Below, in pieces: positions 39,301 through 47,892 of a stretch of DNA of 64,000 nt. Under the pieces are notes generated by a model. The model ran no database searches. It was not told the DNA's origin and worked only from the letters and a program-made list of their open reading frames with translations. Each line of letters begins with the position of its first letter. Positions within the stretch are counted from its first letter, which is position 1. The DNA is from an uncultured Candidatus Poseidoniales archaeon (lineage in GTDB: Archaea; Thermoplasmatota; Poseidoniia; Poseidoniales; Thalassarchaeaceae): positions 10,835 to 74,834 of the forward strand of contig CAYFID010000001.1 of NCBI GenBank assembly GCA_964343205.1, read 5' to 3'. A program made the position numbers and the translations under genes.

Positions 39301-42299
39301 ATTCCCTTGCCGTCCCAAGTTCCCCCGGAAAATCCTGTTACCTTCCTAGCAGGGATCCCGGCAACCCTAAGCATTGTGACGAATACAGTGGTGAATTCGT
39401 CGCAACTTCCCTGATGGGACGAATTCAAGATCCAGTGGGTCACGTCGCTTGTGTTCCAATGCCCGTCTGCTCTACCAGAGCCATCGTGGTTCCTTAGGAA
39501 AGTAATGGTTTCATTACCATTAATCAGAAAGTCCTGGATTGCAATGACCTTGTCCCATGCCGAAATTGCTCCAGACTGGTCCAATACACTTTGTGTTAGA
39601 TTAGAAACAAATTCACTATTGTCGAGGAAGTCCTGGGGAAGGTCAAGTCCATATTCTGATCCAGAGAAGGATGTGCTATTATCCCTAATCTCTGTTCCAA
39701 GAATTACTTCTGGGGCATTCACGTAGAGAGCCTCAATGACAGCATTGTCCACAATTACATCTCTCGTAAAATTGGAGAAGTTTAGACCCGCGGAAAGGTC
39801 AATCCAAGTCGTATAGTTTACAACGTTGTGGGGTTGAATCAATTCTTGTCCTGGCCCAATGTAACCTGCCTCGTCAAATGTTATCTCCCATGAAAGTGGC
39901 CCGGAGTGGTTCCAAAACGACTGATCTGCCACGTCCTCGTCTGCAGAGAAATCGGGGATAATCTGCGAATTGCCGAATAGACTACTGTTTACCCCCCATG
40001 AGACTCCTGTGTAATAATCGTAGGTATGCCATCTCCAGTAGTGAACTATGGAAGGATCTAACCCCTCTGAAGTGTTTGTGGCTGTAAACATAAGTGAGTT
40101 TTCCATGATGTCGTCTAGTGGGTCAAAGGGGTCCCCAGGAGAGCCTACGCATTCGAGAATCCAGAAATCAGGGGGGCACTCTTCCCCATCTGGGACACCA
40201 CCTCCGTCTGTATCTGGGTCCCTCCAATCGGTTCCTAGCTCCTCTTCTATGGTGTCTGGGATACCGTCACCGTCTGTATCCAGGGGATTTATGTCATCAT
40301 CAGGATTGTCTTGGGGATTTGTTCCATCGATGTATTCCTGCCCATCTTCTACGCCTCCGTTATCGGTGTCAGCTACGTTCCACAATGTGAACCAAACGTC
40401 AATTGTAAAATTTCCACCGTCCCCACCCAATATTCCGAAAATCATTTCACATCCTGTGGTGTTCTCGAAGTAGTTGTTAAGCCCATCTCCATCAGTATCC
40501 AATAGGTTGTGGCACGGCTCCCTGGGATCTGTCAAATTGAGAACTTCGGAGAGATCGTCCATCCCGTCTCCGTCGGTATCGGCCAGACTAGGATCTGAGA
40601 GGAATCCCCAGGTTGCCATCTGTTCTTCCCAGTCTGCAAGGCCGTCTCCGTCGGTATCCTTGTAGTCGTCGTCGCACCAAGGGTCGTTAATAGCCCCGGA
40701 TGTTGCGTTCCAGCACCAGGAACCATTGATGAAAACGATAGTGTTTGAATTAGTAGGTGGGGGTGTGTCTACCCCCTCCATGAACACAGATTCCAATGAA
40801 GTGTAATTGAATGGAGTTCTAGTCCCATTAGGAGATATGTAGTAGGCATGCGGGGTGTTTCCCCTCCAGTCAACTGGGTCTGGGTCGATTCCAGTTGTAG
40901 AGTTGAGTGTGAGGGTGTCCCTACTAGCATCCCATTCTAAAATGAGGAATGTCAGCTCGAAGATTGATGTGCAAGGATCGGTCTGGCCCGGGAATCCCTC
41001 GTCCCCGTCACCGACGCCACCTCCGTCTGAATCTGAAACATTCCAAAGTGTGCAAGAATTATTCTCCTGCCAGTTCTGCAAACCGTCTCCGTCAAAGTCC
41101 CCTTCGTCGTTAATTCTGGTTGGATCGGTCTCTCCGGGATCTATGACCCCGTTTCCGTTCAAATCCTCTTCTCCGTCGTCCAAATGATCGCCGTCAGTAT
41201 TGTTGCTCCTTGGGTCAGACCCCTGAGGAGGGTCCCCATAGGTTCCATTGAACTCTATTCCATCGGGGATTCCGTCGGAGTCGGTGTCTGATGAGGTCGG
41301 GTCGGTAAGAAGTACTAGTGCTTCAAATGAGTCATTGAGCCCGTCTCCGTCTGTGTCATTATTTTGAGGATCGGTCTGGGTAATACCATCAACTTCTGCA
41401 GTGAAAATCAGGCAACCACCGGGTCCAAGGGACAATACAGGGTTGCAGGGTGACTCTGTGATTGTCATATTAATTGGGCCGGGTCGAAAGTACTGAGTGG
41501 GGGGGAAGGTGGAACCGTTCCTTGTCCCCCATGCTGGGTTAACATACTCGTATATGTTGGCTAGACCGTCAGAGTCTGGGTCTCCGAAGGTGCCATCCTG
41601 ATTAGAGTTCGAAGTTGGGTCCAAACCGTTTGCGGCCTCCCATCCATCAGGCATCCCGTCTCCATCGGTGTCCCATCCATTGGGGTCCTCGTCTTCTATC
41701 CCATCTCCATCGTCATCATTGGAGCTGCAGTCTGCATCTCCGTCGAAGTCACCGTCATCCGAGTCCACCATCCCATCGTGGTCATTGTCAAATGAATCGG
41801 AGCAAATGTTCCCCATCGGGTCCTCATCTGCCCCATCAGAGCCAGACCCTTGGATGACTTGCATTGCACTCTCTTCGTCCCAATCAGATACTGGTACTGT
41901 TCCGTTCCACCAAACACCATTATCGAGGACGTTGGCTGTGGATGGTTCATCCCAACCAACCGGAATTCCAAATAGATACTCGTTCAAGTTAGTAAGACCA
42001 TCAGAGTCGGGGTCTCCAGTTGAGCCGTTATTTCCGGAGGATGATAGGGGGTCTAACCCATATTGCCATTCCCACCCATCTGGAAGGCCATCGTTGTCGG
42101 AATCCCAATCCTGAGGTTGAGTGTTGATTAGGAATTCAATACCATATGGCAATCCGTCTGCATCTTGGTCGTTGGTAGTAGCAGAAGCCTCGAAGATTCC
42201 CACTTGCATGCCAGCGATTCCAGAGGAAAGTAGGAAGAATGAGAATACTATCGCTGAACCTTTCTTTTTGGTAATTTCCGACCCTTCGTAATTACTCAT
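33336..42299 (-). CDS. Giant surface protein: TSP3-like repeats, transglutaminase-like domain, many Ig-like domains, TM and DUF4129-like tail
   Basis: Signal peptide; many D(T/S)DGDG(L/I/M)xD repeats; YWRWHTYDYYTGVSW; GSCDEFTTVFVTMLRVAGIPARKVTGF; W-x-E-V...GWLPF; Ig repeats; TM; ETVREF...LDRIFEEARYS. Start 42299 or 42311. Confidence 0.88.
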   Translation of the reverse strand: MSNYEGSEITKKKGSAIVFSFFLLSSGIAGMQVGIFEASATTNDQDADGLPYGIEFLINTQPQDWDSDNDGLPDGWEWQYGLDPLSSSGNNGSTGDPDSDGLTNLNEYLFGIPVGWDEPSTANVLDNGVWWNGTVPVSDWDEESAMQVIQGSGSDGADEDPMGNICSDSFDNDHDGMVDSDDGDFDGDADCSSNDDDGDGIEDEDPNGWDTDGDGMPDGWEAANGLDPTSNSNQDGTFGDPDSDGLANIYEYVNPAWGTRNGSTFPPTQYFRPGPINMTITESPCNPVLSLGPGGCLIFTAEVDGITQTDPQNNDTDGDGLNDSFEALVLLTDPTSSDTDSDGIPDGIEFNGTYGDPPQGSDPRSNNTDGDHLDDGEEDLNGNGVIDPGETDPTRINDEGDFDGDGLQNWQENNSCTLWNVSDSDGGGVGDGDEGFPGQTDPCTSIFELTFLILEWDASRDTLTLNSTTGIDPDPVDWRGNTPHAYYISPNGTRTPFNYTSLESVFMEGVDTPPPTNSNTIVFINGSWCWNATSGAINDPWCDDDYKDTDGDGLADWEEQMATWGFLSDPSLADTDGDGMDDLSEVLNLTDPREPCHNLLDTDGDGLNNYFENTTGCEMIFGILGGDGGNFTIDVWFTLWNVADTDNGGVEDGQEYIDGTNPQDNPDDDINPLDTDGDGIPDTIEEELGTDWRDPDTDGGGVPDGEECPPDFWILECVGSPGDPFDPLDDIMENSLMFTATNTSEGLDPSIVHYWRWHTYDYYTGVSWGVNSSLFGNSQIIPDFSADEDVADQSFWNHSGPLSWEITFDEAGYIGPGQELIQPHNVVNYTTWIDLSAGLNFSNFTRDVIVDNAVIEALYVNAPEVILGTEIRDNSTSFSGSEYGLDLPQDFLDNSEFVSNLTQSVLDQSGAISAWDKVIAIQDFLINGNETITFLRNHDGSGRADGHWNTSDVTHWILNSSHQGSCDEFTTVFVTMLRVAGIPARKVTGFSGGTWDGKGIQVYGKDFTRWAEVHLQTNQNQGELDLGWLPFEACPPASQVSVTLDSWGPDSVERNTTISDHIWINGTLVFLDNLSAANNISVTLYLVDPELSEEIPGRAAVQEHIVATAVTDSNGSFNLTGLPEQVIQPGLGSLVILTSEKGYVGTQGITGYLDFSTFSSLPWVLNVSDDVSISINEPSPITEPMLGIGVNTTVSGQLSWSSSPNLDPSIVDNLQVVLNFSSSVDGEVTLVSDVSGGGFYEFSVPIDESEPLGLIGAAISFLGWHSSDQNNATPPEYHARPGSFPFQFNITLSPNLSVVLEAEGTNNSILEIDSNIFLNGTVLSRGPSPTPLNGTLFLEMRRSDISGPFEQLSSWYLNSSSWGSSPGEFSISWLFGSSDVPLPAGPVEVRFQFDADDLNANDQEQFSDIFGIRSFVVFDYTLPPAIRGREHNTDVFLTDHTGSSFASFEGDFNLDFAGDSVWNQTDPDSGRITTSFTPELDMDPGDYAWELSYGGSTWLSPNSTSEIVRVKGLANASATLGEEWTARGSTNWVSGFAMDMVLITQVIGNNSSVTALLNVPSELPNTPGGFPASPTVYTLASGWLDTSNGAYNLSFEIPSGISSGVYDLEIRLDFSVNPPQGDSYYNAGDSSVIQIGIQTEFVVESTPQSIILVAGEQLIVESTVTDIEDATETISGVSLDLYFDWGGPLQQLLQSGTTDSAGRFSFNPVVPASTPPGFYDVRVHAPDDLTDNLTTAGAGRWIGNESIVNLTVQVDSSVDITSIPSQVTALQPFIIEGTVLDSVDSNRSIEGPVGINVFFLDEPGELLIENYTTNATGSFNVTVPTDTLGNGVLRGDRTVIVSVVNDSTPFYLTGTGDASILVMGVSQFVDSNPFINTIVNRGETATITTRLVEFSNNEAPLSGLTIHARFHQTWLDPDVTAADGSVAFEFDIPHNHPLGLVNITFVFNGSEDLNPAVQVLNTITVRSSTSMAIDQITANPLPGEFFNVSGSLTSSNGSGLTDRTGNALNPTLTFTIDGETDTFTVPQVSFQSDGTWIAQIRLELSFPRGPHSIEVDFTPQVTYFTSASGFSTFDSRGYSFLTIESPDDLDSDSRTLRGESFDINLSIIDNSGTPLQSATLIVKIDNVTVWGGITDSDGLASASIVVRDDRDPGPMVVNATFSGINGSIGLLGDETWTRVIVLAPTVLTLKEASSPSIAGDSVTLIGSLMDERGQPLKDDGNPLGGLIHLYIDGIDVGPSYTTVSNATTGQWSITFQIPADMEFGLHTARVEFLGGFSWVDPMGQGDSINPEYYIGSSDSVGFNVTQTSQIVISTPPGEIDRSEVALIEGMLTDGVGRALPNRELVLTINGEELTSLSVAGNGSFTAFVPISPDMHLGPLLIEVSYEGEQFVLPSNSSVVFTVFSPVFVTIEEPHPVAVGDTLTISGRVKDNLEDGWLGSHTIEVFVDGLLVGMASSVDNGTWSLNWTLPESMEIGNHSVSAVSPAQGFYRQGSTESSFTVSYHTSISLQVEEVYATRGGEWNFTGRLFESDTGFEQGLDGREVLVLLDGSIVETVITEAGGLFSYSQRVQYSLSRGSHNVTFQYGGEFLYLPTDSVLTVFALSDIVIEIQPITNTIVRGDPSPSSSIMLQGLIREVGGDSAIFGNLTMTLWWGDSALPTTLGPWDNPNTMNFQIRAKAQEYMHPGENTITIAVESDQDRFLNGASKDVDVMILVEVEFVLSDLELSIGQRVIRGTVNVTAKDTGEPMEGLSMTAILLNGSTSHFSMSKLTSSEGVFDYEFKSLAPMPPLSDLSSWGRLSVMIGSDSEYIDPGSLAVLPTGGVQIDYEEQDSGSLFGSATVAIGALLAAAAALSIGAMLVNTRRKSAIKELASVFSQTAEMLASGDEYRKAIFLCYQNLCSVLMRRSFLRRNFETVREFESAIRQALPISEASLISLDRIFEEARYSSHVLGDSHRDNAQLALSSVIQEIEAIQEMPTRGPLQLESDE

Positions 42300-42388
42300 T
42301 ACGAACTGCATAGTTTTCGACCCCTAATTTATTGGCGCAAACTACGGGTCTTAAGAAGAATGGAGCGTAGTTCGGACAAGTGGGCAGG

Positions 42389-45343
42389 TCATATCAGTTC
42401 GACATCTTCGTCGTCGTACTTTTCCACCCCTATGGGTTCTTCCTGAGCAGTAACTGGAGCGGGTATTTCTGAGAGTTCGTCGGACTCCGCAGTTTCTGGT
42501 TCAGATAGTGACTCTATCATGTCCATCTGGGCCATCCATCTTCTTCTGTTAATTCTGCTCTGAACACCGGCGAAAAGAAGGATAACGCCCACAACAACAA
42601 GGACCAAGGATATTGGTCTTGGGTGGGAGATCTCATTGAGAATTATGTCCGTGAAAGAGCCAATTTCCACAATAGCATTTAGCGTGAACTTTGCGGTCTC
42701 TGACTCCGAGAAACTCTGCTCAGTGTCAAGAGGAGTTGCTGTAACGGTAATGGGTACAGAATCACCGTTATTTGCCGAAGAAGAAACGGAGATTTCCACC
42801 GTGAAAGTAGCCTCATCGAAAGCTTCAATCTCGATAAGTGGAGAACCGGAGAGACCCCCAATCCCCACACCCCAGCCGCTTTGGTCCACGTCTGCCTCAA
42901 GTAGAACTGTCATGGGGCTATTTCCTTCGTTCTTTACCTTCATCTGGATGGAATAGTCCTCACCGGGAGCCAGTTTCGTGTTCTGTGATACTTGAACTAT
43001 CTCCAACATAGGTAGGTCTGCGTCAACCTCGAACGTCATTGGAAGGTCGAAATACCTAGGTTGTTCCTCTTCAATGTCTTCGACGATTCTAAGGAAAACA
43101 GTGTGATTACCTACTTCTACCTGGTTTGTCATTGTAACACTCACGAATACCTCTGTGAAATCACCCGGACCTAATGATATTCGGGGTACGGCTTCACCTT
43201 CAGAATCGGTAATCTGAAAATCCCACTGCCCATAAGCCTGGTTTCGATCCGTGTTCTCCTTCAGCGAGGAGGGGTTCTGAAGAAGCCACCACGATGCTGC
43301 GTCAAGCTCTGTTTCGCTGTTGGTTATCCTTGCCCTGAACTCCATATATGGCCTATCCTGACCTGGTGCGCATAACGAGACCTTCATGTGCCCCAAAGGA
43401 GTTCCGTCACAATCCTGTGAAATCTCACCCCTTATTCCAAATGTTCTCTGAATTGTGAAGGAGACCGTTGTAGCGGTAGAGGCGTTTCCACCGCTAATTA
43501 CCTCTATCTCGATCTCACCTATGTCATTGTCATCTCTGTCTACGCTTGGCTTAATACCAAGAATTAGGACCTGGGTATTGTGCCTCTCCAAGAGTGATGT
43601 GTGAAACGTTCCGTCACCTTCGTCCTGATCGATTCTCTGTCCGGTATTGTTATCATGCAACTGAAAAATTGCCTTTGACCTCTTCACAATGTCGATTCGG
43701 AACGTGTCTGCATCGAAACCTGTATTGAAAATCTCCAAAATAAATGGGTTAAATTCCCCGTATTCAGCGAACCTAGGGACAGTGGAATCCAGAGCATCCC
43801 CCCTCGAAGAGTTGGCTATTGGCACCTTATGATCTTCTGACCAAATTGAGACTACTGGAGGTTGATAAACATCTATCTTCTCCACACTGAGGGTGAGTGT
43901 GTCTTGATGTACGACAGAAATTACCCCTTCAACATCTGCCTCGGCGACGGCTCTGATTTCGATCTTCTTCGGCATGCCGGTAAGATCGTTTGGAGCAGTC
44001 AGAGTAACGGTTGGGTTCAATATTGTCCCACCTGAGCTCATTTCGTATCCTGCTGGAGAATCGAACTCAACTAACCAAGAGCTCCCCAACTCAGTTAGGA
44101 CCTCGAGTTGAACATTCATTGATTTTGTAGAGTCCCCCCTATGCACCAGAACCATGGGTATTGGAGTAACCTTTCCGGGTGCAAAATATTCCACTCCACG
44201 ATCGAACCTGTGCTTCAGAGAGACTCCGAACTGGTGCATCTCTATTGGTTCGTGCTCGATTTCAATCTCGTTCCCGCCTACGTCCCTAACTTTGAGAATC
44301 GCTGTGTACTCCCCGGAAGGTAGGCCGCTCTTGTAGGTGTGCAAGTATTTCCCAAAGATTCCAGTGCTAGAGTCTTCGATGTCTTCTAAATCTCCCGTAA
44401 TCCTTTCATCTACCTCGTAATTCCCGCCCGGGCCCCGCAATAGGATGTGAACCCTGGAGATGTCACTCCTTCCGAAAGCACTGATTGCATCAATTGAGAA
44501 CTGCATCTCCCTGTCCTCAATAATGTCATTGGGGAACCAGTCCAGTTCGGGGCCCTCGGCGATGTTTGCCCCCTCTCTCTGTACTACGATTATGCTATTC
44601 ATCAGGGCATTACCATTTACTTCCACTTTGGAGAACTTATTGGCTTCGTTTTCTATCTTATTGAATGCGACCTCGGCAGTGCAATCTGACCCGCCAAATG
44701 GACTATCGCTGCTGTCGCATCCAGACATGCTAGCTCTGACTTTGATAATCAACCGCTCGTTATTCTTGACCTCGAAGGACTCAGAACCCCCAATTCCTAC
44801 CTCGATAATCTCGTGGTCGAAGTCACAAGTACTTCCCCATGAAGAAGTGCATACTGACCCCCCGTAGGTAGTACTCCCAACGGATCCTGACGTGGTCAGT
44901 ATAGAAACAGTCCAGTCAACGTTTGAGTTTTGGGGCCCCTCTGCCTTGAGGAAAAGTTCTACCGGGATGTAATAGGAATCGTTAGAATGAAATTGTCTAC
45001 CGAAAAGTTCCATTGAAGACATCAATGAAATAGACATGAACTGAACATCGTCGTCCAGGGCACTGGAGACCAATTGCTCTTCATCGGCCGAGGGGGGCTG
45101 TGTTGTAATGAGTCCGTCCATTCCAGAGGTCTGGTTTTGTCCTGGCTCGGCAAAGTATAGTTTGTACAAATTAGCGTCAGGAGGACTTTCGGAGGCATAT
45201 GATTTTCCAGAAGCTTGCAAATCGTTGGTATTTATTCCAAAGCCGTAGGGCACTAGAAGAAGCAAGGCAACGACAAACGTTACGAGGGTCGTTTTGCGGG
45301 TAGTCCGGCCATAACTGTGTTTTCGCACGATTGTGCGCCGCAT
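42389..45343 (-). CDS. Secreted Ig-like (CARDB/NEW3-like) repeat protein with C-terminal TM and acidic tail
   Basis: Basic N-terminus plus hydrophobic signal; IFNTGFDADTF, VKNEGNSP and SLGPGDFTEVFVSV beta-sandwich motifs; TM ISLVLVVVGVILLFAGV. Confidence 0.75.
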   Translation of the reverse strand: MRRTIVRKHSYGRTTRKTTLVTFVVALLLLVPYGFGINTNDLQASGKSYASESPPDANLYKLYFAEPGQNQTSGMDGLITTQPPSADEEQLVSSALDDDVQFMSISLMSSMELFGRQFHSNDSYYIPVELFLKAEGPQNSNVDWTVSILTTSGSVGSTTYGGSVCTSSWGSTCDFDHEIIEVGIGGSESFEVKNNERLIIKVRASMSGCDSSDSPFGGSDCTAEVAFNKIENEANKFSKVEVNGNALMNSIIVVQREGANIAEGPELDWFPNDIIEDREMQFSIDAISAFGRSDISRVHILLRGPGGNYEVDERITGDLEDIEDSSTGIFGKYLHTYKSGLPSGEYTAILKVRDVGGNEIEIEHEPIEMHQFGVSLKHRFDRGVEYFAPGKVTPIPMVLVHRGDSTKSMNVQLEVLTELGSSWLVEFDSPAGYEMSSGGTILNPTVTLTAPNDLTGMPKKIEIRAVAEADVEGVISVVHQDTLTLSVEKIDVYQPPVVSIWSEDHKVPIANSSRGDALDSTVPRFAEYGEFNPFILEIFNTGFDADTFRIDIVKRSKAIFQLHDNNTGQRIDQDEGDGTFHTSLLERHNTQVLILGIKPSVDRDDNDIGEIEIEVISGGNASTATTVSFTIQRTFGIRGEISQDCDGTPLGHMKVSLCAPGQDRPYMEFRARITNSETELDAASWWLLQNPSSLKENTDRNQAYGQWDFQITDSEGEAVPRISLGPGDFTEVFVSVTMTNQVEVGNHTVFLRIVEDIEEEQPRYFDLPMTFEVDADLPMLEIVQVSQNTKLAPGEDYSIQMKVKNEGNSPMTVLLEADVDQSGWGVGIGGLSGSPLIEIEAFDEATFTVEISVSSSANNGDSVPITVTATPLDTEQSFSESETAKFTLNAIVEIGSFTDIILNEISHPRPISLVLVVVGVILLFAGVQSRINRRRWMAQMDMIESLSEPETAESDELSEIPAPVTAQEEPIGVEKYDDEDVELI

Positions 45344-45414
45344 CCGGGATGTTAAAGAGTTCGGGAGGTTAGAGCGAGTGATGCATCGGTTATCGCACGT
45401 TCTCGTCCGCTCGG

Positions 45415-45420
45415 TTGAAA
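45415..45420 (+). promoter_or_regulatory. TATA-equivalent box TTGAAA of the tRNA-Leu gene
   Basis: 24 nt upstream of the tRNA 5' end; the same motif and spacing recur before several CDSs. Confidence 0.55.
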
Positions 45421-45444
45421 TCGAAGGTCGGGACTCGGAGGCCT

Positions 45445-45530
45445 GCAGGGGTACCCGAGCTGGTCAAAGGGGCCGGACTTAAGCTCCGGTGCTTAGTGCT
45501 TCATGGGTTCGAATCCCATCCCCTGCACCA
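45445..45530 (+). tRNA. tRNA-Leu (anticodon UAA), intronless, CCA encoded
   Basis: Acceptor GCAGGGG/CCCCTGC, D-loop TGGTCAAA, anticodon arm CCGGA-CTTAAGC-TCCGG, long variable arm, T arm ATGGG-TTCGAAT-CCCAT, discriminator A then CCA. Confidence 0.97.
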
Positions 45531-45532
45531 AT

Positions 45533-45940
45533 TTACTCCTTGATCCTAGTAATGCAGCAACCAAGGGCTCCCTGGACCCCTGGAATTTCAGACTTAGTAA
45601 TTTTGACAATCCCTGCAATTACCTGGACTGGGGACAAGATGATATCGAGTAATTCGTTCGCAATTTGCTCGAGTAACTCAAACCTCCCACTTCCAATTAC
45701 ATGATCCAGAGCTTCGATTAGGTATTCGTAGTCCATTACATCCTCGATTCCCAATAATTTTGCATCCCCCTCTGAAATATGGGCAGCATAAATATCGAAG
45801 ATGACTCGTTGACTTGATCCAAACTCAAAATCGTGAATTCCTACCTCTATTTCTCTGGCAGCGTTTTCTAGGAAAACCACTGTGGCTTCCCCGTTGGTCT
45901 TAGAAACTAGGCTAGAAAGAGTGTCCCCCAGATCAGCCAC
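45533..45940 (-). CDS. folB: Dihydroneopterin aldolase, bacterial FolB type
   Basis: VGIHDFE...QRVIFDI, VMDYEYL, FELLEQIANEL, VKITK. Confidence 0.82.
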   Translation of the reverse strand: MADLGDTLSSLVSKTNGEATVVFLENAAREIEVGIHDFEFGSSQRVIFDIYAAHISEGDAKLLGIEDVMDYEYLIEALDHVIGSGRFELLEQIANELLDIILSPVQVIAGIVKITKSEIPGVQGALGCCITRIKE

Positions 45941-45942
45941 TT

Positions 45943-46701
45943 CTACTCCTCCGTTTCGAATACTACGTCCCTACCCCTGTTCATGAACCTCTCACCACAA
46001 TCGACGAAAAGAACCTGGCCCGTCAGTGCCTTGGCATTCAGAAGGAAAGAGACGGATTCTGCTACATCGCTAGGTTTTGGTCCGTATCCTAGTGGGGACG
46101 ATTGCTGGGCCTTTGAGAATCCAGAATCTGTTTGTTCGGGACTGGCAAGTGTGTGCCCTGGTGCTACGGCGTTGACTCGTACCTTTGGGGCGAGTCCTCT
46201 GGCGAGGGTTTCGGTCATCCCCAGCATAGCGAATCTCGATGCCGTGTAAGATAGATAATCGGAGTTCGGGGAAGCAATTTTCTGATCTATGATGTTGACA
46301 ACTGATCCATATGCACCATCTGGAATTCCTTCTGCCAGTGCCCCGATCAACAACGTCTGTGCTCTTGCGTTTACAGCCATATGTGAATCCCATGAGGCCT
46401 CACTAACCGAGAATATATCGTCATATTCGAACAATGACGCGTTGTTAACCAAATCAGTAATTGGGCCTAATTCATAGCGACACTGGCCAATTAAACCAGA
46501 TGCCGCTCCAATTTCAGAGAGATCACACCTAACAGAAACCGCTTTAGAGCCCATGGAGACAATCTGCTCCACTACCTCAAGAGATTCGGGTTCTGAATTT
46601 CTATGGTGGACTGCCACATCAAAGCCATCCCTAGCAAGCCTTAGGCAGATTTCCCTACCAATCCTCTTGGACCCCCCGGTAACAAGCACGGTTCTGCCCA
46701 T
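45943..46701 (-). CDS. SDR oxidoreductase, pteridine reductase (FolM/PTR1)-like
   Basis: TGGSKRIG, HHRNS, LVNNASLF, VNIIDQK, YTASR, RVNAVAPG, TGQVLFVDCG; 2 nt from folB. Confidence 0.85.
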   Translation of the reverse strand: MGRTVLVTGGSKRIGREICLRLARDGFDVAVHHRNSEPESLEVVEQIVSMGSKAVSVRCDLSEIGAASGLIGQCRYELGPITDLVNNASLFEYDDIFSVSEASWDSHMAVNARAQTLLIGALAEGIPDGAYGSVVNIIDQKIASPNSDYLSYTASRFAMLGMTETLARGLAPKVRVNAVAPGHTLASPEQTDSGFSKAQQSSPLGYGPKPSDVAESVSFLLNAKALTGQVLFVDCGERFMNRGRDVVFETEE

Positions 46702-46802
46702 GGTTGCCGGATGGGAGGCATGCATTTTACCGATTGGTCGGGTTGGTCGATGGGACCAACACGAGAAAACGGTTAATGTCGAGCCTTCACCCCAGTGTTT
46801 TG

Positions 46803-47870
46803 ATGGAGAGGCGTTTGCCGACCATAGAAGAAGCGGGAGGTCCCCCCGGAGGTTGCGGGGGTACTTCGAGAATTGATCCCTCGGCCAAGAGGAAATCCAT
46901 TAGGAAGAGGCTTCCACCTTGGTTTAGGACGTCCCTCCCAACCGGGAAGTCCCAGGAAAGATACAACGGTACAAAATCAAACGTAAACCAACATGGCCTG
47001 AATACGGTGTGCGAGGAGGCAAGGTGCCCCAACGTCCATGACTGCTGGGGGAGGGGCACTGCCACATTCATGGTTGCAGGAGAAGTATGCACAAGGGGGT
47101 GCAGGTTCTGCGCAGTGGGAACTGTGAAGGCCCCGCCGGAATTGAATACTAATGAGCCCGCAGAGCTAGCAGATGCAGTGTCAAAAATGGGTCTTAGCTA
47201 TGTGGTGATAACTGTCGTAAACAGAGATGACCTAGTAGATGGAGGGGCAACTCACTATCGGAATTGTGTGATTGAGGTTGCAAGAAGAAACCCCGACACA
47301 GGGGTGGAACTGCTGTGTTCTGATTTGGACGGAAACCTTGGCGCCCTCGAATCATTACTGGAAAATCTGCCACTGAGAGTTTTCGCCCACAACGTAGAGT
47401 GCGTCCCTAGGCTTGACGAGTTTGTTAGGGATCCTAGGGCTTCTTTCGGGCAGTCATTGGAGATCCTCAAGATGGCAAAGAAGATTCGTCCCGATCTGCT
47501 CACGAAAACCAGCCTAATGGTGGGCCTGGGGGAAAGTGACGAAGAGATCTCACATGCCTTGGCGTTGATCAGAGAATCAGGTGTTGACATGGTTACTCTG
47601 GGGCAGTACCTTCAGCCGAGCTACAAACACATTCCAGTTGATAGGTTCCCTGAACCTGAGAGATTTGCAGATTGGGACCAAATGGCAAGGGAGATAGGCT
47701 TCAGTGCTGTAGCTAGCGGGCCCCTGGTAAGGTCTAGCTATCGAGCAGGTTTGCTATGGGAAGAGGCCCTCGGAGGAGAGCCCGTAGTTACTCGAGATTC
47801 CACTGGGTCTGCAGTTAGCTACCTGATTTCGAAAGATCAGCCCGTATCAGTAAGAGGCCAAACGTCATGA
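46803..47870 (+). CDS. lipA: Lipoyl synthase
   Basis: CEEARCPNVHDC (Cx4Cx5C), CTRGCRFC (radical SAM), HNVE, GQYLQP, RSSY. Start 46803 (24 nt after TTAATG) or 46776. Confidence 0.96.
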   Translation: MERRLPTIEEAGGPPGGCGGTSRIDPSAKRKSIRKRLPPWFRTSLPTGKSQERYNGTKSNVNQHGLNTVCEEARCPNVHDCWGRGTATFMVAGEVCTRGCRFCAVGTVKAPPELNTNEPAELADAVSKMGLSYVVITVVNRDDLVDGGATHYRNCVIEVARRNPDTGVELLCSDLDGNLGALESLLENLPLRVFAHNVECVPRLDEFVRDPRASFGQSLEILKMAKKIRPDLLTKTSLMVGLGESDEEISHALALIRESGVDMVTLGQYLQPSYKHIPVDRFPEPERFADWDQMAREIGFSAVASGPLVRSSYRAGLLWEEALGGEPVVTRDSTGSAVSYLISKDQPVSVRGQTS

Positions 47871-47892
47871 GCGGGGTTGAGGTGTAGGGGTT

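Noticed and set aside
33528..42114. Many 100-226 aa plus-strand ORFs opposite the giant gene (similar ones occur opposite aglB and the beta-helix gene)
   Set aside because: These Ser/Pro-rich shadow frames arise from the codon bias of the acidic minus-strand proteins; they have no motifs, SD or promoter boxes.
40200..42180. Recurring CCGTCTCCGTC-like words suggesting a CRISPR or tandem repeat array
   Set aside because: They encode the DGDG of TSP3-like protein repeats; spacing is irregular, copies are degenerate and no cas genes are present.
45445..46701. Possible integrated element at the tRNA-Leu 3' end
   Set aside because: No integrase, and I saw no duplicated tRNA 3' end (att site) in the window; flanking genes are metabolic.
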